DNA from: Kofleriaceae bacterium
Lineage (GTDB): Bacteria; Myxococcota_A; Polyangia; Haliangiales; Haliangiaceae
DNA: 64,000 nucleotides
Assembly (NCBI GenBank): GCA_965215005.1
Contig: CBDCCZ010000003.1
Span: forward strand, 96,001 to 160,000
Reading direction: 5' to 3'
Below are positions 61,494 to 64,000 of the stretch, one piece after another. Below the pieces are notes generated by a model, which ran no database searches, was not told where the DNA came from, and saw only the letters and a program-made list of their open reading frames with translations. Numbering within the stretch: position 1 is the first letter of the stretch; each line of letters opens with the position of its first letter. A program made the position numbers and the translations under genes.

Positions 61494-63410
61494 TCAAGTC
61501 GCGTCTTGCTGGCGCGCTTCGAGCTCTGCCCACCGCTCCACCAGCGCTTCGGCCGCCACCCGAGCCGCCTCGAGCTCGGCCGCAACCCGCGCCTGGTCCC
61601 CGTGCGGCAAGTCCGCAAACGATGGACTGCCGATGGTTGCCTCGAGCACAGCAACGTCGGCCTCGGCTGCCATGACGCGCTCCATCAGCCCTTCTAGCTC
61701 GAGCTCCTCCCCGTAGGTGAGCGCTTTTCTGTGCTTTGGCGCCGAGGGCGGATTCTGCGGCGTAGCGACCACCGGCTGCGGCCGCTGCGCTGCGCGAAGC
61801 TCATCGCGGTGGCGCACGAAGTCGCTGTAGCCGCCATGGACACGCAGCGCATGCGGCTTGCCGCTCTCGCCATTCTCGAGGCCGAGCACCGAGGTCGCAA
61901 CGCGATCGAGAAACCAGCGGTCGTGCGTCACGACTAGAACGGTGCCGCCAAAGTCCATGAGCGACTCTTCCAGCGCTGCCAGCGTCATGACGTCGAGGTC
62001 GTTGGTGGGCTCATCGAGGATGACCAGGTTCGAGCCCTCGCGCAGGATGCGCGCGAGCGCCACGCGCGCCCGCTCACCGCCCGACAACGAGCCGACTTTC
62101 TGCTGCTGCTTCTCGCGCGAGAACAAAAATCGCTCGAGATACGCCAGGACCGTCAGCTCCTGCGCGCCGAGCTGCACGTTCACGCGACCTTCGGCGACGT
62201 TGTCATAAACCGTGGCTGCGTCGTCGAGGCCGCTGCGACGCTGATCGAGATACGCGATCTTGGTGTTCTTGCCGAGCACCACCTCGCCGCGCGCCGGCGC
62301 AAGCTCACCCAACAGCACCCGCACCAGCGTTGTCTTGCCACTGCCGTTGCGACCGACGATGCCGATGCGTTCCCCCGCCCCGAGGCTGAGCTCGAGACCA
62401 TCGATCAATCGCTTGCCGGCAATCTCCACCGCCAAGTCATGAACCTCGAGCACTTGCTTGCCGCTGCGAGTCTGGCTCAGCGCAATGCGTGCTGTGCCAC
62501 TGGCACGCGTAGGACCCGAATCGAGCACCGCGTGCGCGCGGTCGATGCGCGCCTTTTGCTTGCCGGTGCGAGCTTTTGGTTGGCGACGCAGCCACTCGAG
62601 CTCGCGGCGGAGGAAATTTTGCCGATTGGCTTCCGTCTGCTCGGCCCGCTCGTGACGCTCGGCCCTCGCAGTGAGATACGACTCCCAGCCGCCATCGTAG
62701 GAAAACAGCGCGCCATTCTCGAGCTCGATGGTGCGCGTCACGACCCGATCGAGCAGATATCGATCATGGGTGACCAGCAGCAGTGCACCGGTAAAACGCT
62801 CGACCAGGTACGTCTCCAGCCACTCGATGGTGTCGACGTCGAGGTGGTTGGTAGGCTCATCGAGCAGCGCCACGTCCGGCCGCGCCACCAGCAAGCGCGC
62901 CATGGCAACGCGCCGGCGCTCGCCGCCGCTCATCGAGTCGATAGGAGCCGTCGCGTCGGCAATTCCTAAATGCCCGAGCACCGAGCTCGCCTCATGCGAC
63001 AGCTGCCACCCTCCGAGCCGCTCCACCGTGGCAGCCAGCGCGCTCTGCTCCGCCAACAGCGCCTCGAGCTCGACCCCCGGTTGTCCGAGCGCTTCGCTCA
63101 CGACTCGATGGCGCTCGACCGCGCGCGTCCATTCAGCCAACCCTTCGAGCACCGCCTGCAACGCCGTTGCGCCCACCGGCAGCGCTGGCTCTTGCGCCAG
63201 GTATCCGAGTCGAAGGTCGCGCTGGCGCGCTACCGCGCCCTCGTCAGCGTCTTCGAGGCCGGCAAGGATGCGAGCAAACGTGCTCTTCCCGGAGCCATTG
63301 CGGCCCACCACGCCGATTCGTTCGCCCGCATCGACAGTGAGGCTGACACCGGCAAGCACATCGCGATCGCCAAAGCTCTTGCGCAGCCCGGTCGCGGTGA
63401 GAATCGGCAT
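61494..63410 (-). CDS. ABC-F family ATPase (Uup-like)
   Basis: Two ABC domains (GRNGSGKS/T, SGGER, LDEPTN), RRELEWLRRQPKAR.GK.KARI linker, C-terminal coiled coil; no TM segments. Confidence 0.92.
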   Translation of the reverse strand: MPILTATGLRKSFGDRDVLAGVSLTVDAGERIGVVGRNGSGKSTFARILAGLEDADEGAVARQRDLRLGYLAQEPALPVGATALQAVLEGLAEWTRAVERHRVVSEALGQPGVELEALLAEQSALAATVERLGGWQLSHEASSVLGHLGIADATAPIDSMSGGERRRVAMARLLVARPDVALLDEPTNHLDVDTIEWLETYLVERFTGALLLVTHDRYLLDRVVTRTIELENGALFSYDGGWESYLTARAERHERAEQTEANRQNFLRRELEWLRRQPKARTGKQKARIDRAHAVLDSGPTRASGTARIALSQTRSGKQVLEVHDLAVEIAGKRLIDGLELSLGAGERIGIVGRNGSGKTTLVRVLLGELAPARGEVVLGKNTKIAYLDQRRSGLDDAATVYDNVAEGRVNVQLGAQELTVLAYLERFLFSREKQQQKVGSLSGGERARVALARILREGSNLVILDEPTNDLDVMTLAALEESLMDFGGTVLVVTHDRWFLDRVATSVLGLENGESGKPHALRVHGGYSDFVRHRDELRAAQRPQPVVATPQNPPSAPKHRKALTYGEELELEGLMERVMAAEADVAVLEATIGSPSFADLPHGDQARVAAELEAARVAAEALVERWAELEARQQDAT

Positions 63411-63503
63411 CGCATCGATTTACCACACTGGCGCCCTCTCCTCATGCCGCGGCCTCCACACGCCCCCGCAACGGGGTGATCGCGCACCGCCCCCATACCG
63501 AAC

Positions 63504-63926
63504 TCAGTCGTCTTCGACGCCATTCTCGAGATGTTGAAAGAGCTGGCTCGAGTCCACCGGCACTTCCGCAGGATCGCCCTCCGGCACCAGCTCGCGTAGA
63601 CGGCTATGAATTCGCGACAACTGTGCGAGCTGCGCCTCGAGGTCGACGATCTTTGGCTCGACCAGCGCAACTAGCTCCAGGTTGCTGGCGCCCCGCCGCG
63701 ACCGCAGCTCGAGCAGGGCGCGGATCTCGGCAAGCGTGAACCCAAGAGCCTGCGCGCGTTTGATGAAACCGATCCGAGAGACGATATCGGCTGAGTAGGA
63801 ACGATACCCGCTCGCACGCCGCGCCGGAGCCGGCAGGAGTCCTCGCCGCTCGTAGTACCGCACGGTCGCCGTGCTCACCCGAGCGCGTGCTGCGATATCT
63901 CCTATGAGGAGGTGATTTTCGTCCAT
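63504..63926 (-). CDS. MerR-family transcriptional regulator
   Basis: IGDIA....VS..TVRYYERRGLL..P.R..SGYR.Y, FIKRAQ.LGFTL.EI. Confidence 0.92.
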   Translation of the reverse strand: MDENHLLIGDIAARARVSTATVRYYERRGLLPAPARRASGYRSYSADIVSRIGFIKRAQALGFTLAEIRALLELRSRRGASNLELVALVEPKIVDLEAQLAQLSRIHSRLRELVPEGDPAEVPVDSSQLFQHLENGVEDD

Positions 63927-63944
63927 AGAACAGGCGCCGCAAAC

Positions 63945-63976
63945 AACCTGCACCTAACACTTAGGTTGAAGGTCAA
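63945..63976 (-). promoter_or_regulatory. MerR-type promoter/operator upstream of the merR-family gene
   Basis: TTGACC -35, long spacer containing the palindrome ACCTAA-N3-TTAGGT (63952-63966), weak -10 CAGGTT at 20-bp spacing. Confidence 0.55.
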
Positions 63977-64000
63977 GCGAACGACTGAGGAACATCAGCC

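Overview
GC-rich, densely coding bacterial chromosome segment. Its gene content (Ser/Thr kinases, a kinase-ATPase-TPR protein, PEGA/TPR, AgmX-like and MYXO-CTERM-like proteins, many Cys-rich lipoproteins) points to a myxobacterium (inference). It carries about 50 CDS, including pyk, msrB, katE-type catalase, pntA1/A2/B, thiolase plus 3-hydroxyacyl-CoA dehydrogenase, bolA, rsgA, prfC, an ABC-F ATPase, transporters, and a type III PKS / ICMT-type methyltransferase / flavin monooxygenase cluster. No rRNA, tRNA, CRISPR array or transposase was recognised. The most notable item is missing from the ORF track: a 123-aa minus-strand gene (59344-59715) with one in-frame UGA followed by a SECIS-like hairpin and a C-terminal CxxC...CxxC zinc ribbon, i.e. 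a candidate selenoprotein, divergent from prfC. Also seen: a protein with an internal MYXO-CTERM-like motif followed by a second signal peptide and a beta-barrel; a ~100-bp dispersed hairpin repeat; widespread leaderless-type promoters; a trypsin domain apparently nested inside an SdrD-B-like domain; and two decayed genes. All product calls come from motif recognition by eye, not database searches.
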